64,000 bases of DNA from an uncultured Faecalibacterium sp. (lineage in GTDB: Bacteria > Bacillota > Clostridia > Oscillospirales > Acutalibacteraceae), in NCBI GenBank assembly GCA_964403085.1, contig CAYOEN010000002.1, positions 7,715-71,714 of the forward strand. The letters run 5' to 3'. Of the stretch, positions 43,207 to 52,827 are shown piece after piece. A program made the translations under genes and the position numbers. A model generated the notes under the pieces. The model saw only the letters and a list, made by a program, of their open reading frames with translations. It searched no databases and was not told the DNA's origin. How positions within the stretch are numbered: the first letter of the stretch is position 1; every line of letters begins with the position of its first letter.

Positions 43207-43932
43207 ATGAAAAAGCTTTTATATCGAACTTTGAACGCAAAACAGTTTCTTTTTTTCGCTTTCATTGCTGTTTTGGTATTGGCCTTCGTTTTCGGAATTG
43301 ACTTATTTTACAGCAACAAGTCGGTTGCCGTCACAAAAAGTGAGCTACCGTTAATTATAATCGACGCCGGTCACGGCGGTGAGGACGGTGGAACTCAGTC
43401 TTCAACGGGCGTTTTGGAGAAAGATATCAACCTTTCGGTTTCAAAAGATCTTGAAGCGATTTTTGCCGTTCTCGGTTTTAAAACGATTTCTGTAAGAAGT
43501 GACGATGAGCTAATATATGACAACAACTGTAACACGATCCGCGAAAAGAAAGTTTCCGATATTCATAACAGAATGGCTCTTATTGAAGCGCACCCTAACA
43601 GTATTTTTTTAAGCATTCACCAAAATCATTATGCCGAAAGCAAGTATTACGGAGCGCAGGTTTTCTATTCAAAAAACGATTCGCGAAGCGAAATCATGGC
43701 GCAAAGCATCCAGTCATCCATTGTTCAAAAGCTTCAGCCCGAAAACGAACGATTGATAAAGCCCTCCGGAACGGAAATATATCTTCTTTATCACGCAAAA
43801 ATTCCTGCGGTCATGGTTGAATGCGGTTTCCTTTCAAATCCCGGCGAAGCCCAGCTTTTGAATGATCCGGATTATCAAAAGAAAATCGCTCTGGCAATTG
43901 CCGACGGCGTTATAAAATATTTATCAAACTAA
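43207..43932 (+). CDS. cwlD: N-acetylmuramoyl-L-alanine amidase, CwlD-like (germination-specific)
   Basis: N-terminal membrane anchor, then IIDAGHGGEDGG and ECGFLSN amidase_3 motifs. The track start 42985 reads through tRNA-Leu and is rejected. Confidence 0.75.
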   Translation: MKKLLYRTLNAKQFLFFAFIAVLVLAFVFGIDLFYSNKSVAVTKSELPLIIIDAGHGGEDGGTQSSTGVLEKDINLSVSKDLEAIFAVLGFKTISVRSDDELIYDNNCNTIREKKVSDIHNRMALIEAHPNSIFLSIHQNHYAESKYYGAQVFYSKNDSRSEIMAQSIQSSIVQKLQPENERLIKPSGTEIYLLYHAKIPAVMVECGFLSNPGEAQLLNDPDYQKKIALAIADGVIKYLSN

Positions 43933-43970
43933 ACCTTTGCTGTTTAAAACGATTTAAGGAAGTGAAAGTT

Positions 43971-45344
43971 TTGGCTCAAAAATCAAAAACGATATATGTT
44001 TGCACGGCTTGTGGGTATGAAACCTCGAAATGGCTCGGAAAATGCCCCGAATGCGGCGAATGGGCAACACTCGAAGAAGAAGTCAGGACTTTTCAAACTC
44101 AGTCCTCAACAGCAAAAACCGCGAAGTCTTCATCGGTGAGTTCTTATAGATTGGGCGAAATTCAACCCGACAACGAAATCAGATACAAGACAGGTATGTC
44201 CGAACTCGACCGCGTCCTTGGCGGTGGTATTGTCAAAGGCTCGCTTGTGCTTTTGAGCGGTGACCCCGGAATCGGAAAATCGACAATTCTTCTTCAGGTT
44301 TGTCAGCAACTCGGAAAGAGCCTTGAAATTATGTATGTCTCCGGTGAAGAGTCATATAATCAAATAAAATTGCGTGCAGACAGACTGAATGTTAACACAC
44401 AAAAGTTAAGAATTTTGTGCGAAACCGATGTTCAGGCAATTTGTGAACATATAAGAAGTGTGGCGCCGGACGTTGTCATTGTAGATTCGGTTCAGACCAT
44501 GAACCATTCCGAAATTTCTTCTTCACCTGGTAGCATTACTCAGGTAAGAGAATCGGCAAATTTACTTATGCGCGTCGCCAAAACGATGTCTGTCCCCGTA
44601 ATAATGGTCGGCCACGTTAATAAAGACGGCAATATTGCCGGTCCGAAGGTTTTGGAACACGTTGTCGATGCCGTTCTTTATTTTGAAGGCGAAAGAAATC
44701 TCTCGTTCAGAATTTTGCGCGCTGTTAAAAACAGATACGGTTCGACGAATGAGATCGGTGTTTTTGAAATGACCGACAAGGGGCTTGAAGAAGTTAAAAA
44801 TCCGTCTGAAATGCTGATTTCCGGTCGTCCGAAGAACACGCCCGGAACTTGTGTTGCCTGTGTTATGGAAGGGTCAAGACCTATCCTTGCGGAAATTCAG
44901 GGGCTTGTAACTCCAACCGCTTACGGTAATCCGCGAAGAATGACGAACGGATTTGATTACAACCGAATGGCAATGCTGATCGCCGTCCTCGAAAAAAGGG
45001 GAGGGTATTATCTTGGCAATTTTGACACCTATATCAATATTGTCGGCGGAATGAAGCTCGATGAACCCGCGCTCGATCTCACGATTGCAATGGCTCTCGT
45101 TTCATCGTTGAAAGATTATGCTATTCGTGATGACGTTCTTGCGTTTGGCGAAATCGGTCTCGCCGGTGAAGTTCGCGCAATATCTCATTGCGAACAGCGC
45201 GTGAAAGAAGCGGCGCGCCTCGGATTTAATCGCTGCATTATTCCGAAACACAACCTGAAATCCGTTCCGGATGAATTAAAGAAAAGCATTGAGGTCATCG
45301 GAGTCAGAACGATCAGACAAGCTTTCGAGGCGCTGATAACATGA
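43971..45344 (+). CDS. radA: DNA repair protein RadA (Sms)
   Basis: Zn ribbon CTACGYETSKWLGKCPEC, Walker A GDPGIGKST, KNRYG motif and a Lon-protease-like C-terminus. The TTG 43971 start fits the RBS AAGGAAG better than GTG 43962. Confidence 0.9.
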   Translation: MAQKSKTIYVCTACGYETSKWLGKCPECGEWATLEEEVRTFQTQSSTAKTAKSSSVSSYRLGEIQPDNEIRYKTGMSELDRVLGGGIVKGSLVLLSGDPGIGKSTILLQVCQQLGKSLEIMYVSGEESYNQIKLRADRLNVNTQKLRILCETDVQAICEHIRSVAPDVVIVDSVQTMNHSEISSSPGSITQVRESANLLMRVAKTMSVPVIMVGHVNKDGNIAGPKVLEHVVDAVLYFEGERNLSFRILRAVKNRYGSTNEIGVFEMTDKGLEEVKNPSEMLISGRPKNTPGTCVACVMEGSRPILAEIQGLVTPTAYGNPRRMTNGFDYNRMAMLIAVLEKRGGYYLGNFDTYINIVGGMKLDEPALDLTIAMALVSSLKDYAIRDDVLAFGEIGLAGEVRAISHCEQRVKEAARLGFNRCIIPKHNLKSVPDELKKSIEVIGVRTIRQAFEALIT

Positions 45345-46102
45345 GTTTTTTATCGAAGGCCAATCTTCCTTCCGGAAAGATTAAAACGGCAATCATGGCA
45401 AATATCGACCCTGAAATTACCGCTTTTATAAAGTCTTTCAAAATTGAATTGTTACACACCGAAGCGAATGAAAGTATTGATTTTTCAATATCTCACCATG
45501 CCGATGTGAATGCTTTCCATTTCGGAAACGGAAAAGTTTTGCTGGATATATCTCAGAAAGCACTATATAAAAATCTGTCAAAAAGGGGATTTAACGTTCA
45601 ATTCGCGAATAAGCCTGTTTCCGGAGCTTATCCGTCCGACTGTTCATTGAATTGTTTTTCTCTCGGCAACAAAGTATTCGGTAAAAAAAACTACGCAGAT
45701 AAAACAATAATTGATTTCTACGGCTTCGAAAACTATGTAAACGTCAACCAGGGATACGCAAAATGTTCGACCTGCGTTGTTAACGAAAACGCTGTTATAA
45801 CCGACGACGTTTCAATTTATCGTGTGTGTGCAAAGCATAATATTGAAGCGCTTTTAATTGAAAAAGGCAGTGTTTGTCTTCCCGGACATAAGTATGGATT
45901 TATTGGCGGCGCGAGCGCTCTTATTGACAAAAACACTCTTGCGTTTTTCGGCGATATCACGGCACACAGTAACTATCGCGAGATTTTGTCTTTCCTAAAA
46001 AAACACAATTGTGATTATGTCTGCTTAAAGAAACACAAGCTCACCGATATCGGCGGAATCATCGCAGTCGAAGAAGAGGGCGATGTCTCTTCTAAAGTAT
46101 AA
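45341..46102 (+). CDS. conserved hypothetical protein translationally coupled to radA
   Basis: 253-aa ORF with an ATGA overlap with the radA stop. No motif confidently recognised; there is a vague resemblance to guanidino-modifying-enzyme-fold DUF proteins (HHADV, GYAKCS, GFIGG). Confidence 0.55.
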   Translation: MSFLSKANLPSGKIKTAIMANIDPEITAFIKSFKIELLHTEANESIDFSISHHADVNAFHFGNGKVLLDISQKALYKNLSKRGFNVQFANKPVSGAYPSDCSLNCFSLGNKVFGKKNYADKTIIDFYGFENYVNVNQGYAKCSTCVVNENAVITDDVSIYRVCAKHNIEALLIEKGSVCLPGHKYGFIGGASALIDKNTLAFFGDITAHSNYREILSFLKKHNCDYVCLKKHKLTDIGGIIAVEEEGDVSSKV

Positions 46103-46137
46103 TTATTTCTAATTTTTCTCTTGCTTGAAATATCGGC

Positions 46138-46167
46138 AACTATACAAAATAAATATTTTGTATAGTT
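46138..46167. repeat. perfect 14-bp inverted repeat (2-nt spacer) inside a longer imperfect hairpin
   Basis: AACTATACAAAATA aa TATTTTGTATAGTT, with outer arms TCTTGCT (46119-46125) / AGCAAGA (46174-46180). Confidence 0.9.
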
Positions 46168-46640
46168 AAGGGGAGCAAGAATAAATGTTTTTTACAAATT
46201 CAGCAAGAATTGTTGCCGAGTTTTTGATTTGTCGCTTTTATTCATCGGTAAACCATCCGTCATATAGATTGCATTTGATTATTTTTAACCATATCGGTGA
46301 TTTCATTATTAAAGATTTTTTTATTACCGCGATAAACGTTATCTACTTCAAACTAATCAAGACGACCAAATAACCCACTTGTTATTTGATTATTTTAATT
46401 CAATCAATAAGCTTATTTCAGCTTAATTATTTATTGTTTTTGATTTGTATATTTGTTAACGATTTTTGGATTTACAATTATTACAATAAAGTTTTTCAAC
46501 GAATTCAATCGTTTATCTTTTTCAATTATTCTATTCCCAAATCCTGCGATTGATTTATTTCTGTTAATTGAAGAAGTTCATCTTTTATTTGTAACGTTTT
46601 TTGTTATATACAAATTCTTTTTGATTTCTAACTTAACTGT

Positions 46641-46673
46641 CTTTGTTTTGTGAAACAGTTTCACAAAACAAAG
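46641..46673. repeat. perfect 33-bp palindrome abutting the recombinase RBS
   Basis: CTTTGTTTTGTGAAAC a GTTTCACAAAACAAAG. The RBS GGAGGTG starts 2 nt later and ATG is at 46687. Confidence 0.9.
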
Positions 46674-46686
46674 TGGAGGTGACAAT

Positions 46687-47673
46687 ATGCCGGAATATGA
46701 TCCTGAACTTTTGCCGAAAAGAGTCAATGAATTCGTTGACCGACTTTTTGCCGTTAAAGGCTGCTCAAAACTCACGGTAAACGGATATGTTCGCGATCTT
46801 CGATTGTTGTTCGAATATCTCGTTGCAACAAAAAAGGGGCTTTCCTCCCCTGCCAAACTCGGAAAAGACTTTGACCTTTCGTTTATTGATGATGATTTCC
46901 TTTCAAAAATAACTCTTGGTGACCTCTATAATTTCATCGGTTATTGTGCTTCCGAGCGCAGCAATAATGTTACAACCAGGAACCGCAAAGCGTCGTCAAT
47001 TCGCGGCTTTTTTAAGTACATTTCGGATAATATGAAATATATCCCCGAAAACCCCGCCGCGCAGCTTCAGGTTGCATCGGGAAAGCGAAAGCTTCCGCGC
47101 TATCTTACGCTTGAACAAAGCGTGGAATTGCTCAACGCCGTTGAAGGCAAAAACAGCGCTCGCGATTATTGTATATTAACATTGTTTTTGAATTGCGGTT
47201 TACGACTCGCGGAGCTCGTTGGGCTCAATTTAAACAGCATTGACCTTAACAAAAGGACGATGAAGGTTCTCGGTAAAGGTAACAAAGAACGTATGCTTTA
47301 TTTAAATGATGCCTGCGTTCTTGCATTGGAGGCATATCTTAAAGTCAGACCCGTCGATTCTTTGAAAGGTGAAGACCGCAACGCGTTGTTTGTCAGTCGC
47401 CTTAACAAACGAATGGGCAGACAGGCAGTTCAGCTTATGGTATATCATTATCTCGAAAAAATCGGATTAAACGGTCAAAATTATTCTGTTCATAAGCTGA
47501 GACACACCGCAGCAACGTTGCTGTATCAATATAACGATGTTGACGTCATGGTTCTCAAAGAGATGCTCGGACATGAAAACCTTTCAACCACGGAAATATA
47601 TACTCACGTTGAAAACAAACAAGTTCGTGAAGCCATTGAATCCGGTCCGTTAAGTGAAATTAAAAAATCATGA
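46687..47673 (+). CDS. tyrosine recombinase, XerC/XerD-like
   Basis: SAM-like N-domain, then catalytic region GLRLAEL, HKLRHTAAT and LGHENLSTTEIYTHV. Confidence 0.85.
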   Translation: MPEYDPELLPKRVNEFVDRLFAVKGCSKLTVNGYVRDLRLLFEYLVATKKGLSSPAKLGKDFDLSFIDDDFLSKITLGDLYNFIGYCASERSNNVTTRNRKASSIRGFFKYISDNMKYIPENPAAQLQVASGKRKLPRYLTLEQSVELLNAVEGKNSARDYCILTLFLNCGLRLAELVGLNLNSIDLNKRTMKVLGKGNKERMLYLNDACVLALEAYLKVRPVDSLKGEDRNALFVSRLNKRMGRQAVQLMVYHYLEKIGLNGQNYSVHKLRHTAATLLYQYNDVDVMVLKEMLGHENLSTTEIYTHVENKQVREAIESGPLSEIKKS

Positions 47674-47691
47674 AGAGATTTTACTCGTTTG

Positions 47692-48330
47692 TTAAAAGCT
47701 CGGCAGTAAATGCTGCGAAAGCAGTTTTAGCAAAGCCGTATCTATCAATGCAGAAACAGCGAGCAGCGCAGCTGCAATTGTATTGCGCAGCAGATAAAGT
47801 TTAAAGTCCACTTTTTCCGTTATTTCGATATTTGCGGCCAAACGCATTTTTTGCGCGGTTTGAAAACAGTTTTGAATTATTATAAGCATAGCAAAAAACA
47901 TAAATGTTTTCCCGGGCAATATGACAAGCAAAAAGTATTTGATTCCCGAAAAAGCGAAGCTGTCGAAGAAATATGCGCCGAGCGAACCGATTCCCGACAT
48001 TCTGAAAAACGCCGTTATCAGAATCGGTATTCTTCCGAAGGCACTTGTTCCCAAGATTGACAAGATAAGCAAAACGGACAAGTCTGTTATGAAAAAGCCG
48101 GAAAACGCTTCAAAAAAGCTTTTTCCGGAAAGATCGGTAGAAAAAGCGACAAAGCTCTCAAAGAGCGGCGTTTTGAATATATCGCTTTTAAATCTGTAAA
48201 GCAATCCTCCGCAGAGAATCGCAAGCAGCATTACAGCTTCAATCGCAACAAGCGCTTTATCTGCGTTTTTAATTCTGTTGCCATGCATTTTTATTTGTGG
48301 CTTTTTGGTTATCACAGCGTTAATCTTCAT
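47692..48330 (-). CDS. polytopic membrane protein, possibly SpoIIM-like
   Basis: 212 aa, about 5 TM, RBS GGAG. The segment pattern ILGTSAFGRIPILITAFF...VILPGKTF loosely resembles SpoIIM, and the gene sits next to a Xer gene as in Bacillus. Confidence 0.45.
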   Translation of the reverse strand: MKINAVITKKPQIKMHGNRIKNADKALVAIEAVMLLAILCGGLLYRFKSDIFKTPLFESFVAFSTDLSGKSFFEAFSGFFITDLSVLLILSILGTSAFGRIPILITAFFRMSGIGSLGAYFFDSFAFSGIKYFLLVILPGKTFMFFAMLIIIQNCFQTAQKMRLAANIEITEKVDFKLYLLRNTIAAALLAVSALIDTALLKLLSQHLLPSF

Positions 48331-48345
48331 TTTTTCAACTCCAAT

Positions 48346-48774
48346 TTATTTGCGTTTTGGTTTAATTCGTATGTTGACCGAAACCATTCCGCCTAACATC
48401 GAAGACACGATCATTATAAACAGTGATATTACAGCGGTCAGATCAATTGAAAACGAATTAAGAATTGCCGAAATTAATGTTACGAGCAAATTAAACGGCA
48501 AACAAAACAAAAAGCCGATAACAATTCCTTTTTTGTGAATTTTATATCCCGAATACAAAGCGCATAAAAAAGAACTTATTGCGAAAGCGAAAATACAAAC
48601 ATAAAAAGCATAGCTCACAGAAACATTAAACGCCAAAGACACGCCCGAAGCGACAAGAAAAGATATCATATACAGTATTAAAGCCAATATTTGCGCTTTG
48701 ATGAACACCTGCGTTTTAGTGTTAAGGGAAGAAAAGCCGCTCTTTTTTGCAGGCTTAACCTTTTTTGAGGTCAT
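48346..48774 (-). CDS. small 4-TM membrane protein (YrzE-like, downstream of yajC)
   Basis: 142 aa, four hydrophobic helices and a basic C-terminal tail KPKRK. The family call comes from position after yajC only. Confidence 0.45.
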   Translation of the reverse strand: MTSKKVKPAKKSGFSSLNTKTQVFIKAQILALILYMISFLVASGVSLAFNVSVSYAFYVCIFAFAISSFLCALYSGYKIHKKGIVIGFLFCLPFNLLVTLISAILNSFSIDLTAVISLFIMIVSSMLGGMVSVNIRIKPKRK

Positions 48775-48776
48775 TA

Positions 48777-48823
48777 AAAACCCTCCTCATATTCCTTTTG
48801 CTATAGAATATGAGGAGGGTTTT
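48777..48823 (-). terminator. strong hairpin terminator after yajC that contains the RBS of the next gene
   Basis: Arms AAAACCCTCCTCATATTC / GAATATGAGGAGGGTTTT, about 18 bp. On the - strand it is followed by TTTTTAATG, where ATG is the next start codon. Confidence 0.75.
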
Positions 48824-48844
48824 GTAATTATGCCGGGAAAGGAA

Positions 48845-49261
48845 TTATTTGTCTTCCTTTTTGCTCTTGCCTTTGGAAGCTTTTTTCTCAGCCTTGGCCT
48901 TTTCGGCGGCTTCTTTGGCTGCGGCTCTTTCAGCGGCAAGTCTTGCGTTTGCGGTATCATTGCTCTGAACCGCCCAACGGGTAACTTGCATTCTGTTTCT
49001 GTCGGCGCCGGTTTCGATGATAAGATGGTTGTCCTTAACGGTGACAACGCGGCCGCATATACCACCGATTGTTGTGATCTCATCGCCGATTTCAACAGCG
49101 TTACGCATTTCCTGTTCTTCTTTTTGTCTCTTCTTCTGCGGACGAATCATGACAAAGTACATAACCGCAAACATACCGACCATAAGAAGAATCATGGTCA
49201 TCGGGTTGCTGCTGCCGGTTCCCGTACCTGTAGAAGAAGCGCTTGCAAAAATAAAGTTCAT
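48845..49261 (-). CDS. yajC: preprotein translocase subunit YajC (with Lys/Ala-rich C-terminal extension)
   Basis: Core MILLMVGMFAVMYFVMIRPQKKRQKE...IGDEITTIGGICGRVVTV. ATG 49261 lies 8 nt after GGAGG; the track start 49276 is a TTG inside the RBS. Confidence 0.85.
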   Translation of the reverse strand: MNFIFASASSTGTGTGSSNPMTMILLMVGMFAVMYFVMIRPQKKRQKEEQEMRNAVEIGDEITTIGGICGRVVTVKDNHLIIETGADRNRMQVTRWAVQSNDTANARLAAERAAAKEAAEKAKAEKKASKGKSKKEDK

Positions 49262-49385
49262 TTCTTGTTCCTCCAAAAATTAATGTTTTTATTATACAGT
49301 TTACCAACAGGTTTTTCAAGTGTATTATAAAGATTTTCGCCAAAAACGCTTAAAAAGTCGAAAAAAACTGTAAAGCTCTTGAAAA

Positions 49386-50537
<1,152 letters not shown>

Positions 50538-50547
50538 TTATAAATAA

Positions 50548-52815
50548 TTAAACCTGAAAGCCGTCAAACTGAAGATTGTTTTTCAATGCCGCGTCCTCCG
50601 TACTGAGCAAAGCTCCTGTTGACGGAAGGTTTTTGGATTTGTAACGATACGGCTTGACAAATTCACCTTCAACATAATCACGAACAAGGGAAATTCGATT
50701 GCTTTTCTTGAGCGTCATGCAGGCAACGCCCTGCGTGTCTTTCATTGCTTTCGAAGAAATCAAAGCCGTGTTGAAAAGCAGATATCTTCCGGCAGTGGTC
50801 TCGATGACAAGATCGCGTTCGGCTTCGAGCAACATCATTTGAACCAGCGGAGATTTATCGCTGTATGCTTTAATGAGCTTTTTCCTGTTGGCTTTCGTTG
50901 CATAAGACGAAAGAGAAACTTTTGCGCATTTTCCGTTTTCAAAGAAGAAGAGCATATGTCCTTCGTAACCGTTATTAAGAACGGCGGCAAAAACGGTGTT
51001 TTCATCCTCGTCCATAGAAAGCTTTGAAGCAACATAGTCGCCCAGAACGCTGGCCTTTGAATCGGCAAAATCAGCAAGCTTCGCCTTATAAACCTGATGC
51101 TTATCGGTGAAGAACAAAACTTCCTTTGCGTTGCTTGTTTCAACTTGCAAAACAAGCTCGTCGCCTTCTTTGAGCTTTTGCTCGCTGCTCATTCGCAATG
51201 ACTGCGGCGTTATCTTTTTGAAATATCCGTCGCGGGTAAAAAACGCGGTGACGGGATAATCCGGAATTTCTTCTTCCTGCTCCGATTCTTCAATTTCCGA
51301 AGCGTAAAGAATATCACTTCTTCGTTCGATTGAATATTTCTTTATAACTTCTTCGAGCTCTTTTATGATAACTTTTCTGATTTTCGCCTTGCTTGAAAGT
51401 GTGTCCTCCATGTCGGATATCGACGCGGTCAGTTCGTCAATATCTTTCAGGCGTTTCAGAATGTATTCGCGATTGAGGTGGCGAAGCTTGATTTCGGCAA
51501 CATACTCAGCCTGCGTTTTGTCAATTCCGAATTCAACCATCAAATTCGGAATAACTTCGCTTTCTTCTTCGGTTTCGCGAATAACTTTGATCGCTTTGTC
51601 AATATCGAGCAAAATCTTTTCAAGACCCTTTAAAAGATGCAGCTTGTCCTTCGCTTTTTGAAGGTCAAAGCTGATTCGTCTGAAAACACACTTGCCCCTG
51701 AAGCGTATCCATTCAAGAAGAATTTCTTTGACCGACATAACTTTCGGATATCCGTTAATAAGAATATTAAAATTACACGAGAAGCTGTCTTCAAGCGGCG
51801 TTGCTTTATAAAGCTTTTGCATCAGCTTATCCGCATCCACTCCCCTTTTCAGATCAATCGTGATTTTTAATCCCTGACGGTCGGTTTCGTCTCGAATGTC
51901 ACTGATCTCCTTGAAAGTTCCGGCTTTTATTCGTTCAATAATTTTGTCAATAATGGCTTCCGCTGTCGTGGTTGGCGGTATTTCATAAATATCAATGCAA
52001 TTATAATCTTTGTCATATCTGTACTTTGCTCTGACTTTTATTGAGCCGCGACCGGTATTATAGACATCTTCAATTGCTTTTCTGTCATAAATTATTGTTC
52101 CACCGCCGACAAAGTCTGGTGCAATGAGAGTGTCGATGACGTTGTGCTCCTGATTTTTTATGAGTTCTATCGTCGTTTCACAGAGTTCTTTGAGATTAAA
52201 GGAACAGATCGAGCTTGCCATGCCAACCGCAATTCCGAGACTTACGTTCGCGAGAATAGACGGAAAGGTTACCGGGAGCAAAACAGGCTCCTTTGTTGTG
52301 CTGTCATAGTTATCGACAAAATCGACCGTGTTTTTATCAATATCGCGAAACAGCTCGTTACATATCGGTTCAAGCTTTGCTTCGGTATATCTTGCAGCGG
52401 CGTAGTGCATATCACGCGAATATGCTTTGCCGAAGTTACCCTTCGAGTCAACAAGCGGACAAAGAAGCGTTTCGTTTCCTCTTGCGAGACGAACCATGGT
52501 TTCATAAATCGATGCATCGCCATGCGGGTTAAGGCGCATGGTCTGACCGACAATGTTGGCAGACTTTGTTCGCGAGGAGGAAAGAAGATTCATTTTATAC
52601 ATGGTGTATAAAAGCTTTCTGTGAGAAGGTTTGAGACCGTCAATTTCGGGAATAGCTCTCGAAAGTATTACGCTCATTGCGTAAGGCATATAGTTGATTT
52701 CAAGAGCGTCCACTATGGGCTGTTCAACGACGTCACCGGCCGAAGAAATATGAGCGTGCTCAAGCAACTCGGTTATATCGTTGGTCTTTTTAACTGTTTT
52801 TTTCTTTTTTGCCAT
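50548..52815 (-). CDS. parC: type IIA topoisomerase subunit A (ParC/GrlA-like topoisomerase IV)
   Basis: Catalytic Tyr region AAARYTEAKL, 755 aa with a shortened C-terminal beta-pinwheel, paired with a GyrB/ParE-like gene. Confidence 0.75.
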   Translation of the reverse strand: MAKKKKTVKKTNDITELLEHAHISSAGDVVEQPIVDALEINYMPYAMSVILSRAIPEIDGLKPSHRKLLYTMYKMNLLSSSRTKSANIVGQTMRLNPHGDASIYETMVRLARGNETLLCPLVDSKGNFGKAYSRDMHYAAARYTEAKLEPICNELFRDIDKNTVDFVDNYDSTTKEPVLLPVTFPSILANVSLGIAVGMASSICSFNLKELCETTIELIKNQEHNVIDTLIAPDFVGGGTIIYDRKAIEDVYNTGRGSIKVRAKYRYDKDYNCIDIYEIPPTTTAEAIIDKIIERIKAGTFKEISDIRDETDRQGLKITIDLKRGVDADKLMQKLYKATPLEDSFSCNFNILINGYPKVMSVKEILLEWIRFRGKCVFRRISFDLQKAKDKLHLLKGLEKILLDIDKAIKVIRETEEESEVIPNLMVEFGIDKTQAEYVAEIKLRHLNREYILKRLKDIDELTASISDMEDTLSSKAKIRKVIIKELEEVIKKYSIERRSDILYASEIEESEQEEEIPDYPVTAFFTRDGYFKKITPQSLRMSSEQKLKEGDELVLQVETSNAKEVLFFTDKHQVYKAKLADFADSKASVLGDYVASKLSMDEDENTVFAAVLNNGYEGHMLFFFENGKCAKVSLSSYATKANRKKLIKAYSDKSPLVQMMLLEAERDLVIETTAGRYLLFNTALISSKAMKDTQGVACMTLKKSNRISLVRDYVEGEFVKPYRYKSKNLPSTGALLSTEDAALKNNLQFDGFQV

Positions 52816-52827
52816 TAGTCTACCTCT

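Noticed and set aside
46431-46470. A dif (Xer recombination) site near the Xer-like gene, at TTGTATATTTGTTAAC
   Set aside because: There is only a partial resemblance to the TGTATA-TTATGTTAAAT core and XerD arm. The left arm does not match and one base is missing in the right arm. Xer genes are also not normally adjacent to dif.
46453-46653. 66-aa hydrophobic ORF (TTG start) in the AT-rich region as a type I toxin
   Set aside because: It has no RBS and a non-ATG start. Its composition simply mirrors T-rich DNA (Phe/Ile/Leu), and no antisense promoter is evident.
46641-46673. The palindrome read as a CcpA cre site or a CRP/FNR site
   Set aside because: It contains TGAAAC-A-GTTTCA and TGTGA-N7-TCACA, but cre needs a 14-nt even palindrome with a central CG. 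CRP-type sites have 6-nt spacing, so the spacing is off by one in both cases.
46103-48330. Integrated mobile element or prophage carrying the tyrosine recombinase
   Set aside because: There are no phage, conjugation or cargo genes, no flanking direct repeats that I could find, and no tRNA target at the junction. The neighbours (radA, SpoIIM-like, yajC, tgt) are core genes, so this is more likely a chromosomal XerC/D-type gene.
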